Below are positions 23,981-35,592 of a stretch of DNA of 64,000 bases, one piece after another. How positions within the stretch are numbered: position 1 is the stretch's first letter; every line of letters begins with the position of its first letter. Both the position numbers and the translations under genes were made by a program. The notes under the pieces were generated by a model. It was not told the DNA's origin, made no database searches, and saw only the letters and a program-made list of their open reading frames with translations. The DNA comes from Nemertoderma westbladi. Its lineage: Eukaryota > Animalia > Xenacoelomorpha. The stretch is from contig JAUCBJ010000785.1 of the NCBI GenBank assembly GCA_032718475.1, positions 1 through 64,000 of the forward strand. The letters are read 5' to 3'.

Positions 23981-24805
23981 ATAATATGTCCATTTAATTA
24001 TCAAATAATAACATTTCAGGGAATAATTTAAATTCATGCCTTTTAATGAATTTAATAAATTGCCATTTTTACGCAATTTATAACATTCCCAAAATTCCAT
24101 TAATTAATAGATCAAGGGAGCGGAGATTTATCTTATTATGCATATGAGTGTGCGAAAGTCTCCCAAACATAGTCAATAGCCGATAAAATTCATAAAGTCA
24201 TGTATAAAATAGAACATTGACTATTAAAGAATACTATTAAATAACATCCCAGATCTGTATGCGTTGGAATTACCCTAATTCTACCGCTAGCTTTGCATAA
24301 TGTCACCATAGCAACAACCACGCTAGAATTAGAATTGAGTTAAAAGAACAATAGAAAGCTTGTCCCATTGAATAGCATAGGGAATAAATAGCGCACTGCT
24401 AGTATCCAAGGATACATAATAATACAGTGACATTCTGGAAGGCATTGACTAACGGACAAATGGCCAGAATGTGCGTAGTTGTGACCAGTTGTGTGGTATT
24501 TGTGAGTTTATAGGTGAACGTTACTGCTAAAGTGTGTTTACAGTAGCTAGTCGCAATCGTGAAAGTAACCTAACTCTCCAAGGAAAACCTGAAGTACATC
24601 TAAGCCTTTGGGACGGACAGTTGAGTGACTTGTGCCGGTTATCATTGTCGTTGTACGGCTACGTCGTTGGCTAAAGTACAGCGACAGCGGTACATCGGCG
24701 CTGAGAATCTCACACTGTCCGGGGGCAAGGGAGAAGTAGGCAGCGACGCCCGCTCGCCTAATAAATATAAACTCATTATAATATTGGTGAACTCGTATAG
24801 CAGAT

Positions 24806-27800
24806 ATGACTGAATTAATAGAAGATGATCTTGGTATCAGGGAGAGATATATTCTACCTTTACAAGCGTTTGTCGATAGCTTGATACGCGGCGACGCTGA
24901 TCCAACTACTACGGAGGACGATGGTCGTTATATCGAACCGCCAATGTCCCAGGAGCAACTTACGCGTGAATTGGACTATAGAAAATTCACTGCTCGCTAT
25001 ACGCATCGTAATGGTACGTATATGGACTTCTTGACTACTGGTCATCCTATTGATTTACACGACACCGACGATGTCGATACCGAAAGGGAAATGGTTTTAT
25101 TTAAATATCATACCCAGCGGAGTCGAAACGACAAATCGAGAATAGAACACGAGAACTCTATTCGAAATAAACTCGAAAGAGAAGACGTTGAAGAACCTGA
25201 TAAACGTAGCGGCTTCAACGAATATCTAGAATTCCTAAGAGAGACCTATCTCAATGTTGCTAGTCAACAAAACCTCGAAACTCGATATCCTCAAGGTATA
25301 CATCCAGATCCTATGATGGAACTCAAACGGCTCTATTTTACGATGATGTATCTTACCGCCGATCGACCACTCCCTGTCGTTCCAGATAGCTTCGAACAGA
25401 TGGAGGAATATTGTAAAACTGGAGAGCGATCACCCGCGTTTCCCCTTCAAGACGTACGTCTCTGGTATTACTGTGACGAATGCCCTAGACCTAACCAGCA
25501 AATCGAAAGACATAAACATCCGCGGAGACGTTGTGCTAAACACAGTTTTACGCGATATACTTATGGGAGTTTCGAGCGAAACCTTTTCGACGTATCACCT
25601 ACGGTCGCGTGCCTTAAACGATCATTGAACAAACCCATGATCAGAGTTCCGGAATACTCGGTCAGACCTCCTCATTCCCAAGTGATACCTCAAACTCTCG
25701 ATCCTAATAGTATTACGGATCCTCCCGAGCTATACTCACTGTTCAAAGATCTAGTGTTACCTGAACAGTTGATTGGTGGCACTCCGGTAGTGGGTTCGTT
25801 AGATATTCGCCAACCTTACCTCGCTGGACTAGGACGCGGTCATCTAATATCACCGTTTAACCCCTACAACCGTCCTGGCCTCCCTCCGATCCAACCTGTA
25901 ACAGAAGTCGAAGAGAGCGTGATACGAAATGCATTGAACGCTATTCGGCAGAAAATCGGAAAGGGAACTTACGATTGCTTGGAGAAACGTAAATTGCAAC
26001 AACAAGTTCAAGCGGTGAAAGAACTAGCTTTACCACAGTTCGATAGAGAAATACAGAATCTAGAGGAGGACATCGAACGTGGACGAACCTACTCCTTGCA
26101 GGAATTCCTGGACGAGCGCTTGCAACAACAAGCTGAGGAAAATCAGCTCGAGGAGAGACATATAGAGCTGACTGAGAGGGAAGAAGCTGCTTTAGCCCAA
26201 CCAGAAACTCAAATTCTCGTGACGGATCTCTATTCCAAAACGATCCTCCACCCCTCAATGGTTCCTCATTTTAAAGACAAGCTCTTTGCTACGGTACAGC
26301 CTCAACCGGTTAATACTGATCTCAGATCTCACGAGCTCATTGCTGACGCTCCTATGATACAACGTCCACCCATCGCGGCTGCTCGTGTCGATGGTGTACT
26401 TGTTGAGCCTCCGGACAATAGAGCGGATCTAGTCCGTCGCATGGTACACGATGTTAACATACGCGCTAGACCTTTGCCGGACTCATTTTATGGAATTAAG
26501 GATCATCCTTATTACGTCAATTTAAAGCAATATTACATGGTAAAACCAGAAGATCCTATGCATAGTCTGAAGTTTCTACCATTGATCAATCCTCTCGACC
26601 TCGTCGAACTCGAACAACTACAAAAACATCTAGATCAGCTAGTTAAACTAAACTCATTTCGAAAACCGTATAATATTTCCAGAATAGAGAAAGAAATATT
26701 ACCTCCGTACAATCTTGATGGATTCATTAAAACTCGATTGGTACACTGGAACCTTGACGTGTTATTCGAGGAAGAAAGAATAAAACGATATGGAGATGTG
26801 GAAACCTATACTACACAATGCTTAAAGTATAGAGATTTACCCAATGCTAGCGAATGCGCTACTTTGTGGCATCCAGTGGGAATGACTCTCGAAAACGCCA
26901 CTAAAGAATGGAACGAGACTCTTAACGTTATCGAGATGTATGGCGTTGTTACTTATGACAACGAAGGTAGCGTTCCGGTGGGAGAACTAGGAACTACGCG
27001 AATGATACATATACGAGGACTCGCTGGTTCTACCCACGTATTCACTCGAGCGTGTTCCGACGTGATCGATTATTCTTTTGAAACCCTTACGGAGACACAA
27101 AAGAAACTTCGACATGGACAATTCGAGCTCGCGCAGCGTTACGTCACCGACACCGAGCGCAAACCGGCCATGGGTATCGACGGATCAATGTTACCCCAAC
27201 CCGTGCTCGAAATGTTGTTTAACGAAAGAATCCTAAAAATCGGCTCAGCTGTTTATGGAGATCTCCAAAACGACTTCCGGAATATGGAAAACATTCCATA
27301 CCCTTTCGTTGATACTCAGCTGATTGCTCCTTGGGCCGAAGGCCGAGGTTTCTTTCGCACTATGTATGCCAATACACCCAGCGACATTACTAAGGTACAA
27401 CGGACATCCATCGGACATCTTGCCTTTCAAGAATATGGATGGAATTTCAAAGTTGGAAATCCTACCAATTACCAGCAAGTATATGGAGATCATTACTCTC
27501 GTTTATATTTTGATGGACCATTAACTGCGCCTGGTGCCGTATATAGCTTTATGAGTGTTCCACTTCGCCCTTCCTTAGCTATATACACGATCTTTGAAAA
27601 CGCAGCACTTGCCGGTTGGCTAGCCGATGTGTGCAGTCGTACCATACGCGCTCACCCATTAATACTTGGAACTAAACTCGCCAAGTTAGACGAACACAAT
27701 AAGTTTATACGTTTCGAATGTTTCCGGCGCTTTCTGACTCCGTTCCGTAACGTCGATAGTCAGTTCAAGGACCGCGCGCTGACCAAACTCAGTCTGAGAG

Positions 27801-29059
27801 ACTCAGCTGCGGAGAAACTGAGTAGCGCTGGATTTGCAGTTTTTCAAGACGTTTGTATACAGAACTTACATTCATCTGTTATACAAAGACCCCGAATACC
27901 TACAGGTTATTCTGTCGTGGAAATACAGACAGTGGGTGCACTTACTGAGACAGACGCACCCACTTCGTCTATACAGCTGGAGGATGAACCAGTATGCTTG
28001 GAATCAGAAGCGATTCAGCCTACAGCTTCCCGGAGCAGTGACAATGATTATGTAATAGAGTGGTATCAAGGTCCACAGCGTCTCACAGCGTACGATTATC
28101 GACACGCCAACTACGTTTCTCGAAAACGTTGTCGATTATGCGCATCGAGAGACCACTTCACTCCTCTAGACTCGAGCGTACCTTGTTCCTATTTCCTCGA
28201 ACAACCGATGATGGAAATATATTGTGCTTATTGCCGGCTTAATAACTCTCATATATTTGCCGTCTGCCCACAATTTATGACTCAATGTCACTACTGTCAA
28301 CTTAAAGGACATGAAAGTTACAATTGTCCCTTTAATCGCGATTTAGAGAGCGTAGACGAGATGATCACCCTGCGATACATCCGAGCTTGGGAAGCGAATG
28401 CGGATTTACATTGCGAATCCCGACATCGCTACTACCCTGGACGAGCTTACGAGGGAGTTTACGCGTTCCATCCCTATCTATTCGCGTCGATTGAACAGAA
28501 AACACGCGTACCAAGTTACGAGTTAGTGAAGCGTGTTGGTGAGTGTATTTCCACCAAGTTTGTCAGAAAATACCTTAGAAACGTTAACCCTAATGATATA
28601 ACCACCTATCACCTGATCAATTTTATCCGTCAGGACCCTGAGTATGGCGACATCTTTGTGAACTCGCATCCTGAACTACAGGAAGTATCTCGGCGACCAT
28701 ATGAATATCGAACCCGAGAACGCGAGCTGGAGAGAACCATTAAACCGAGAAAGTTCCTCACCACTCACGGTCCACCCACCGCTAGTGTCCAGACGACCCG
28801 TCAAGGACCCGTAGGAGCTGCTGTCCTGAGACGCGCTCTAAAGGCCGTTAGACCTCGCTCCACTGAGGTTGATATTAATCAACCAGGTACTTCGACCGGC
28901 GGGTATACCGATCGTAACCCTGCACCTTCTGATGCAATTATATTGCACCCTTCGCCTAGGAGCTACAGCCCTCCTCGTAAAGTGGCTCGCCCCAAAGAGA
29001 AAAAGACTCTGGCTAGCTTTAAAAAACTGCGTAAACGCCGTCCGCGCAAGAAAGACTAA
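24806..29059 (+). CDS. Retrotransposon accessory protein (1417 aa): N-terminal Cys/His motif, coiled coil, DnaQ/DEDDy-like 3'-5' exonuclease domain, CCHC zinc knuckles, basic C-terminus
   Basis: Intact ORF between pol and the 3' LTR; VVTYDNEG (ExoI), LP..VLEMLFNERILKIGSAVYGDL (ExoII), FVDTQ, PL..SLAIYTIFE (ExoIII-like) at ~26940-27605; CRLC..H, CAYC..H..C, CHYCQLKGHESYNC at ~28129-28327; KKLRKRRPRKKD tail; no signal peptide or TM segment. Confidence 0.85.
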   Translation: MTELIEDDLGIRERYILPLQAFVDSLIRGDADPTTTEDDGRYIEPPMSQEQLTRELDYRKFTARYTHRNGTYMDFLTTGHPIDLHDTDDVDTEREMVLFKYHTQRSRNDKSRIEHENSIRNKLEREDVEEPDKRSGFNEYLEFLRETYLNVASQQNLETRYPQGIHPDPMMELKRLYFTMMYLTADRPLPVVPDSFEQMEEYCKTGERSPAFPLQDVRLWYYCDECPRPNQQIERHKHPRRRCAKHSFTRYTYGSFERNLFDVSPTVACLKRSLNKPMIRVPEYSVRPPHSQVIPQTLDPNSITDPPELYSLFKDLVLPEQLIGGTPVVGSLDIRQPYLAGLGRGHLISPFNPYNRPGLPPIQPVTEVEESVIRNALNAIRQKIGKGTYDCLEKRKLQQQVQAVKELALPQFDREIQNLEEDIERGRTYSLQEFLDERLQQQAEENQLEERHIELTEREEAALAQPETQILVTDLYSKTILHPSMVPHFKDKLFATVQPQPVNTDLRSHELIADAPMIQRPPIAAARVDGVLVEPPDNRADLVRRMVHDVNIRARPLPDSFYGIKDHPYYVNLKQYYMVKPEDPMHSLKFLPLINPLDLVELEQLQKHLDQLVKLNSFRKPYNISRIEKEILPPYNLDGFIKTRLVHWNLDVLFEEERIKRYGDVETYTTQCLKYRDLPNASECATLWHPVGMTLENATKEWNETLNVIEMYGVVTYDNEGSVPVGELGTTRMIHIRGLAGSTHVFTRACSDVIDYSFETLTETQKKLRHGQFELAQRYVTDTERKPAMGIDGSMLPQPVLEMLFNERILKIGSAVYGDLQNDFRNMENIPYPFVDTQLIAPWAEGRGFFRTMYANTPSDITKVQRTSIGHLAFQEYGWNFKVGNPTNYQQVYGDHYSRLYFDGPLTAPGAVYSFMSVPLRPSLAIYTIFENAALAGWLADVCSRTIRAHPLILGTKLAKLDEHNKFIRFECFRRFLTPFRNVDSQFKDRALTKLSLRDSAAEKLSSAGFAVFQDVCIQNLHSSVIQRPRIPTGYSVVEIQTVGALTETDAPTSSIQLEDEPVCLESEAIQPTASRSSDNDYVIEWYQGPQRLTAYDYRHANYVSRKRCRLCASRDHFTPLDSSVPCSYFLEQPMMEIYCAYCRLNNSHIFAVCPQFMTQCHYCQLKGHESYNCPFNRDLESVDEMITLRYIRAWEANADLHCESRHRYYPGRAYEGVYAFHPYLFASIEQKTRVPSYELVKRVGECISTKFVRKYLRNVNPNDITTYHLINFIRQDPEYGDIFVNSHPELQEVSRRPYEYRTRERELERTIKPRKFLTTHGPPTASVQTTRQGPVGAAVLRRALKAVRPRSTEVDINQPGTSTGGYTDRNPAPSDAIILHPSPRSYSPPRKVARPKEKKTLASFKKLRKRRPRKKD

Positions 29060-29129
29060 CTGTTTAGAGTATTTATGTATATTAGAAATTGTGATTTTGT
29101 ATATTTTATAGACTTAAATCCCATTTTCT

Positions 29130-29137
29130 GGGAGCGG
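29130..29137 (+). promoter_or_regulatory. Short polypurine tract (GGGAGCGG)
   Basis: Purine-rich run directly before the TGT of the 3' LTR. Confidence 0.6.
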
Positions 29138-30328
29138 TGTAAAAGCTTTTGTGGGATAACTGATTCGTTTGCCTTGCTAACCAGTTCCCCCCAGGCGCTG
29201 GAATACTCTAAAAAGGGATCTATAACTCGAATAGTGCAAGCTACCGGCTGATTGGCTGATTTACTGTGCGAAGGGATCTGGGCTATGTTTGATCGTCCAA
29301 CCAGCTTGGGAAGGTTGCCCCACAGCCCTGCTTTCTGTACCTGCCAATAGGATTTGAGTTGGTTTTGATTTCGACCTATCACAGATCTACTGAACTGAAT
29401 TTTCCTATCTGTATGCTCATTCTCTGTGGTGGGTGGAAGCCTTTGTAAATAAGGTTATTCTTATCAGTTTTTAGTGTGTTATCATTCTGTCCTGAGCCAG
29501 GAGAGAGCGGCTTGGAAATATTTTGTGCTTTTCTGTTTTAGTCTAACACTAGTAGGCTTAATTATAAGTACATATATCCGTTATCTGATGTCTGATCACT
29601 GATGAACTAAACATAACATACCATACCTAATCAAACAATCTGTGCATACTTTTATATTGTTATACTGCTATTTACTGTCAGTTCTTCATAATATGGTTGA
29701 TGAATTATTATATTTGGAATAACGATAAATAACCCCGAAAACCCAATATTCTTGATATACCGAAGGTAAGAGAGAAAGGTTACATATAACGATTGTGACT
29801 TATGTTAAAGTGGTTTGAAGTGAATCTAATGTTATTTGATAGACCCTACATGAGTCGGTCCGTGTTCCTTTTATATGTGGCTAAAATCAGTGAAGATCGG
29901 CAGATCAGTGTGCAGTATTGTGCAGCATTGTGTATGAGTGAGTCTGATAACGAAGCATTTCCTAAAGAATGCGCCATATATGTGAATTATAACTAAGCCA
30001 TATCGTTGTGAGTAGTTTAAGTCATAACTCTGTTTATATAGATAGAGCGCCACGTCCTAAAGGAACTGTTAATATTTCCCGAAGGTGAATAATATTGTCA
30101 GAGATTATATAATACTGTCAGTCGAATAATACATTAGGCTTACATAGCAATAAGATTAAGCCGTCGAACCCAATCTCCCGGGTATATCCAGCGGGTGAAT
30201 GATCGCGCACAGATTGGTTTCGACTAGTGTAGTGAATCAAATACTTGTCATAGGCTAAAAGTGATTTATTATCTAAAAGACATCCTAATTTGGCGGGTTA
30301 AACTGCCAAAGGTCTGAAAGCGCTAACA
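29138..30328 (+). repeat. 3' LTR (1191 bp)
   Basis: Direct repeat of 11673-12863, followed by the ATATA TSD. Confidence 0.97.
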
Positions 30329-31204
30329 ATATAGTTTGTGTTTATCGTGCACCACACACTAGTAATTACACAAATATTTGTAGTGATTCACATTTATTCA
30401 TTTGTTTATCTGTACAAGCCGACATTAGTCACCCATGTGTTATTTTAGGCGATTTTAATTTTCCAGATTACAACTGGCTCACAAGACTTCCCTAATACCG
30501 ATTTTTATATTAATTTTAGTAATTTCGTATTAGAAACTGGTTTATCACAATTATAGCTTCGACCAATCAGAAAACATTCCGAGAACCATTCAGTGCCAGT
30601 GACCACGATGGTGTAATTTTTAACCCTATTAAACCTGGGGGTGGGAGGGTCAATATGACCCCCAACCCCCGTGGTTTTTTCGGCATAACTCCGAAACAAA
30701 CGCAGTGGGGAATCTGAAATTTTATGACTTTTCCTAAAAATCTATTGTTTTCCTAATAATTAAAACGGTTTTCAAAAATATTGAGAAGTTTTTGAGTTAT
30801 AGCACCATTTTGTAGCCCTTCTTCAGGCACTTTTTTTGAGGCGTTTTTTAAAAATTACATTTTATGAAATATGATTAGTTCTGTATATTGTTGTATTCTT
30901 AATGAACTTAAGCTGCAATACAGCAATACTTCGATATACAGCAATACTCCGATACTGCAATGCAATAGGTGGAGTCGTTCAGTACTACTTGCATACCGGG
31001 CAAGCAATCTGCGAGTTTATAATTGTGATTGATTCATTTTATCAATATTCATCACCATGAATTTATTTAATTGTAGTGTTTAAAGACGCGCAATTATAAA
31101 GACGCCGCTTTCAATTGATATATGCTACGTGTGAAATGATTGAGATTAAATGTGTATTTAAATGCGTCTAAAATCACCCTCCAGAGAAACCAATATAAGA
31201 AATT

Positions 31205-31415
31205 ATCAGAGCACTGCGTAGTGACGTCAAATATGCAGCAGCCAATCACAGCCGATTTTCATAATTGGCTTCCCACGCTTACTTTTACCCGCCATTTCGA
31301 CCGTTTCCTCGAGTTTTTACAAAAAACACACCCCGCCACTCGATTCAGGGCACCTTGCTACTCATTATTCGATTTTTTCTAGTCCAACAATTTTTCGCGC
31401 ACCAACAAACCCTAT
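31205..31415. mobile_element. Partial copy of the MITE-like element at 46840-47140
   Basis: Shares the core (TGACGTCAAAT..GCAGCCAATCACAGCC, inverted) and an arm (GTTTTTACAAAAAA..CACCCCGC..TCGATTCA). Confidence 0.65.
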
Positions 31416-31974
31416 TGTATGTATATCTGTAAATGATTTTTGGACCTCATTTAGAGATGCTTTAAATGATGGGATTGATCAGTTTATAACGTTCAAAATA
31501 ATTAAATTTAATAAAAATAATCACCCCGCTTTTGTACGAAGCCTCCAGCGTAAAAATAGTTGCTGTGGCGTTGTAGAGGCACTCCAAATGGCGAACGTGA
31601 ATATAAAAAGTGTGCGGTAGAAGTTTCTTGCGCCGCCTTTAGAATAGCCTGTATACATGAGAATAAAATCCTATCCCCGGGTAATCCTACTTACTATCTA
31701 CCGTTTTGTCAGAAAACTTTTCCACTGACAATGGCTTTATTCCGGTTTTCCCCCCATACCCCATAATGTGAAATTCTCCAATGTGAACTTTAACCGGACA
31801 AACGTGTGCAAGGTGCTGCAAAATATTTTACACAGTACCACTAGGACGCCGGTTATTAATTTATTTTCCCTGTTGTCTACTATTTTTTAAATTTGCCAAC
31901 CAGCGGGCTCTACCCCTATATCTAATATATCGTTTGAGTCACACGAACTCCCTTCTCTATGGTTAACAGCACTC

Positions 31975-32072
31975 TAATAATTCCCACTTATAAGAAAGGA
32001 GGAAACCCATCTGACTCCTCTACAACTATAGACCCATTTCATTAACGTGCATCTCGTGTAAGATAATGAAAT
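31975..32072 (+). mobile_element. Small CR1-type LINE RT fragment
   Basis: Translates to YKKGGNPSD / NYRPISLTCISCKIM with a frameshift. Confidence 0.7.
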
Positions 32073-32534
32073 TATAGGAATACATGAATTATAGGAATCA
32101 AGGAATACTTCATCAGTAATACTTACTAGATCGGAACATAATTTGTTAAAAGCTCCCCAAAAGATGTCCTAAAGGGGATCCTTCCTTTTGATATGTTTGT
32201 ATTTTCGAATGAAACAAATGGGTTTAATCATATTATAACATATCAAGCTAATTGTCCTAAGCCAAACAGAAAGTAACCAAGCAATTATCCTGATTTGGCT
32301 TCCCAAGCTAATTAATACAAGTGTGGATGATTAACACTCATCCGTTCACCTTTCATAGAGAAATAAAGCAGTTCGTCGGGCAGAACAATGTTGAATGTGA
32401 GAATATTTAATATTGCTAAAGGGAAAGGAAGTTATTTTGCCTCTGACCTGGTAACCTTGTGCTAAATGTAGGCAGCAATATTACTGCTCTGCCACGCTCG
32501 CGACTACTGTAACTTGCAACCTGCTTTTTCGGAT

Positions 32535-34936
32535 ACTACTACTCCTACTAGGATCGGCATGCTGCATTGCAGCTGCATTTTTAAGAATGTTGTGCCGGCT
32601 TATCGACAAAATTGCACCGCCACAACTCCCTATCACCCATGACATTTGCTAGATCATCCGCATCTTCAAGGCCAGTGTCCTTTAAGATGTGTCTCAAGAA
32701 AGTCATGGGCTGTCCACCATGCTTATTCACTCCATGAGGCTGCCAAAGTACACGATTATGCACTGGCTGGTCCTCACGGCGAAAGCAATGTCCTGCAAAG
32801 CGGAGGCGATTTTGTTCTAGTATCAAGCTTGGGGGAACCAATGAGATACCTCCAATATTATATAGTGTTTGGTTGGAGATGTGTGCATTGTACTTGACAC
32901 AATTAACCCGGCGTAGCATTCTTGTGAATGTGCCATCCAGAGATTTGTTGTCCTCAGCAGTTAGAGCCCAGCATGGACTCCCATAGAGGAGTACTGGAAC
33001 TACTGCTGCTCTAAATAGCCGGACCTTAAGTTTCCGATTAATTCTCGGTGACTTCCTAATCCTGGAAAGCCTATTCAAGGCTGCGCATGCCTTTCCCTTA
33101 CATATTCGAATGTCCTCACCTGACTTCCGGATCCATGATCCCAGGTAACAGAAGTCATCCACATGCTCAAACATTCCATCTTTTGAGCTTATGCTCATCC
33201 GATCAGAGACTTGCTGAGGACTTTCAAAGTTAACTGTCAAAATTTTGGTCTTTCTGGAGTTAATAAAAAGAACAACAATAGAAGCAGCATGTTCTAATGA
33301 GCTGAAGAGCCGTTGGGCTCCCTCTAGTGATTCTGAGAGTACTCCTAAGTCATCCGCAAAGTCTAGATCAGTTAGGTACTTGGCAGGATTTCCTCGACTT
33401 CTGGATCCAGTAGGTGGAGTTATCATCACCCCATCATCATTATGATGATCTAAGGACATTCGTAGAACAACCGCCTAGCGTAGATTAGTCTAAGATATAA
33501 GCCTAAGCGTAAGTAACCAAACTATTCTCCGCTATGCAGCGTACGAAACCCTTAATTATATTCTAAATACTACTGTAAAACTACAATCGCTCAAATATAC
33601 GGGGTTGCGAACTAATTACTAGGTATTCCAGAATTTGTAACACTAATTAGTTATGCTACTGAGTTACACTAGAAACAGCCTAAACACCGTATTATTTGAC
33701 CTAACAGTGATTTAATGAAGCATAAATAGAAATAGAAACAATCAAATCACGCCTATCTAAAAACAGCACAATAGAATCAAGCATTTTGGGACAATACAAA
33801 CAACAATAACAATAAGCGTAGCAACAATTAGCGGTAGCATTAGCATTAGCGTTGCGGCATAGTGCTGCGTTGCGTTGCACGTAGCGTAGCGTAATCGGAC
33901 AAAGGTCACCCCAAATCAATACGGCCTTTCCTACCGCTACTGGTAAACGGTAAGAATGACGCAATATCTAATTCTGCTCACATGATCGGCCAGATCCAGG
34001 GTCCTCCCAGCTGGGCTCTTGACCAACCAACCGCAGAAACGCATAATTGCCCTAAATTAATTTGGCAATTATTTAAAGTGCAAATTAATCGTAATTTAGC
34101 ACAAATAGTGATTTATAGAGAAATGTAAATGAAATTGGCACAAATATTTTATAGATTTGGTAGATATTAGAAAACAGCAAATTCATGTTTCAATTATATA
34201 GAAGTTTGCCACAGCAAATTAATATACTAGGGTTTTATTATAAAATTTACGTAATTAAGGCTACATAGTGTATAAAATTGACTGAACATAAAATGAACCT
34301 GTAGATTTTATTTACCCTATCTAATCTCCCACTGGCTTTAAACGAACCTGCTCCTCAAACCAGTACCGCAGTACCTATGATGATCTAAGGACATGCGTAG
34401 AACATAGTCAACCACAATAATGAACAAGAATGGTGCAAGTGTGTCTCCTTGGAGGACGCCCCATAACACTTCAAATGGTTCTGTGTCACCGTCAACAGTA
34501 GACACAAATGTTGTCGAACCATCGTATACTGATCTGATTGCTGCAATAATTTCATCAGGAATCCCATATAATGAAAGTTTGCTGAACATACGTGAGCGAG
34601 AGACTGAATCAAAGGCCTTGAAGAAGTCAACAAAGATAATAGCCAGATGCCTGTCTTTCTTTTTTGATAACTCTTCCATTATACTTCTAAGTGCCAAAAT
34701 TGGCTCCGTGGTCCCACGACCTTTACGGAACCCATCCTGATTTCCACGGAGCAGTCTCTCAATGGGATCCCTGATGCGATTTAATAGAATCCTATTGTAT
34801 AGCTTTGCAGCAATCGAGATCAATGAGATTCCCCGAAAAGAACCATAGAGTGTTAGGTTGCCTTTCTTGGGAACTGGCACCAACTTATTTGTTTTCATTT
34901 CTTGTGGGACTCTTGTTGCTCGGTACATGTCTACTA
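32535..34936 (-). mobile_element. 5'-truncated RTE LINE split by a ~0.9-kb insertion (33470-34375)
   Basis: ORFs 34338-34928 (GVLQGDTLAPFLF) and 32581-33459 (LDFADD, FCYLGS, RLRFAGH); (TAG)n-like tail; same family as 5364-6681. Confidence 0.92.
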
Positions 34937-35152
34937 TAATGGGATAGATCTAAATAGGCACAAAGTGAACATAATATACTTAACTAACTCAAATACCGCC
35001 TACCTACTTTGTTTGTCTTTCTTTATCTTTGCCGGGAAATTTTAAAAATAATCAATTCGTTGCTGCCCTCAATCTCCCAATCACTGTTTATAAATTTGCA
35101 CAAACTGAGAGAAATATAAATCATCGTAATAAACTATTAGTAAAAAATTCTA

Positions 35153-35225
35153 AGGTCCCACCGAGATTCGAACTCGGGTCACTGGATTCAAAGTCCAGAG
35201 TGCTGAACCACTACACCATGGGACC
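35153..35225 (-). tRNA. tRNA-Gln: tRNA-Gln (anticodon TTG)
   Basis: Reverse complement GGTCCCATGGTGTAGTGGTTCAGCACTCTGGACTTTGAATCCAGTGACCCGAGTTCGAATCTCGGTGGGACCT folds as a cloverleaf; T6 Pol III terminator just downstream. Confidence 0.96.
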
Positions 35226-35409
35226 TTGATGAATGAGAAACACTCACACCTTGGGACATAAATGTTAATGATATATTATTGAACACTAACTGATAATACT
35301 GTAAAGTAATCTGTACAGAACGGATGCAAACTGGATCGAAATCAACCTGTAATTGGAACACCAAATGGAATAAAACAACCACACAACGCCCACGTGAAAA
35401 TGTAGAATT

Positions 35410-35592
35410 TACTACTAGGTCGAGCGGACTAGGTAGACCTCGGACAGTGGAAATGAGATCCTTCCAGGCTTCCCGATTCTCCATAGTTGTCGCAATTTCG
35501 TTTCTCCCAAGTTCAATATCCCTTTCAAGTTGATCTATATATGTTATAGCCGGTCGTCCACGACTACGCTTTCCTTGTGTTGGTTGCCAGTT
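35410..35592 (-). mobile_element. 3' end fragment of a second RTE family
   Basis: WQPTQGKRSRGRPAITYIDQL..MENREAW; (TAG)n tail; matches 62000-62170. Confidence 0.8.

Larger units (their letters stand above)
11673..30328 (+). mobile_element. Full-length BEL/Pao LTR retrotransposon with an extra 3' ORF
   Basis: TG...CA LTRs; 5-bp TSD ATATA (11668-11672, 30329-30333); gag-PR-RT-RH-IN order with BEL-type triple Cys/His gag fingers. Confidence 0.97.

Noticed and set aside
24806-29059. Envelope gene (endogenous retrovirus-like)
   Set aside because: No signal peptide or transmembrane anchor; nuclease and knuckle motifs are present instead
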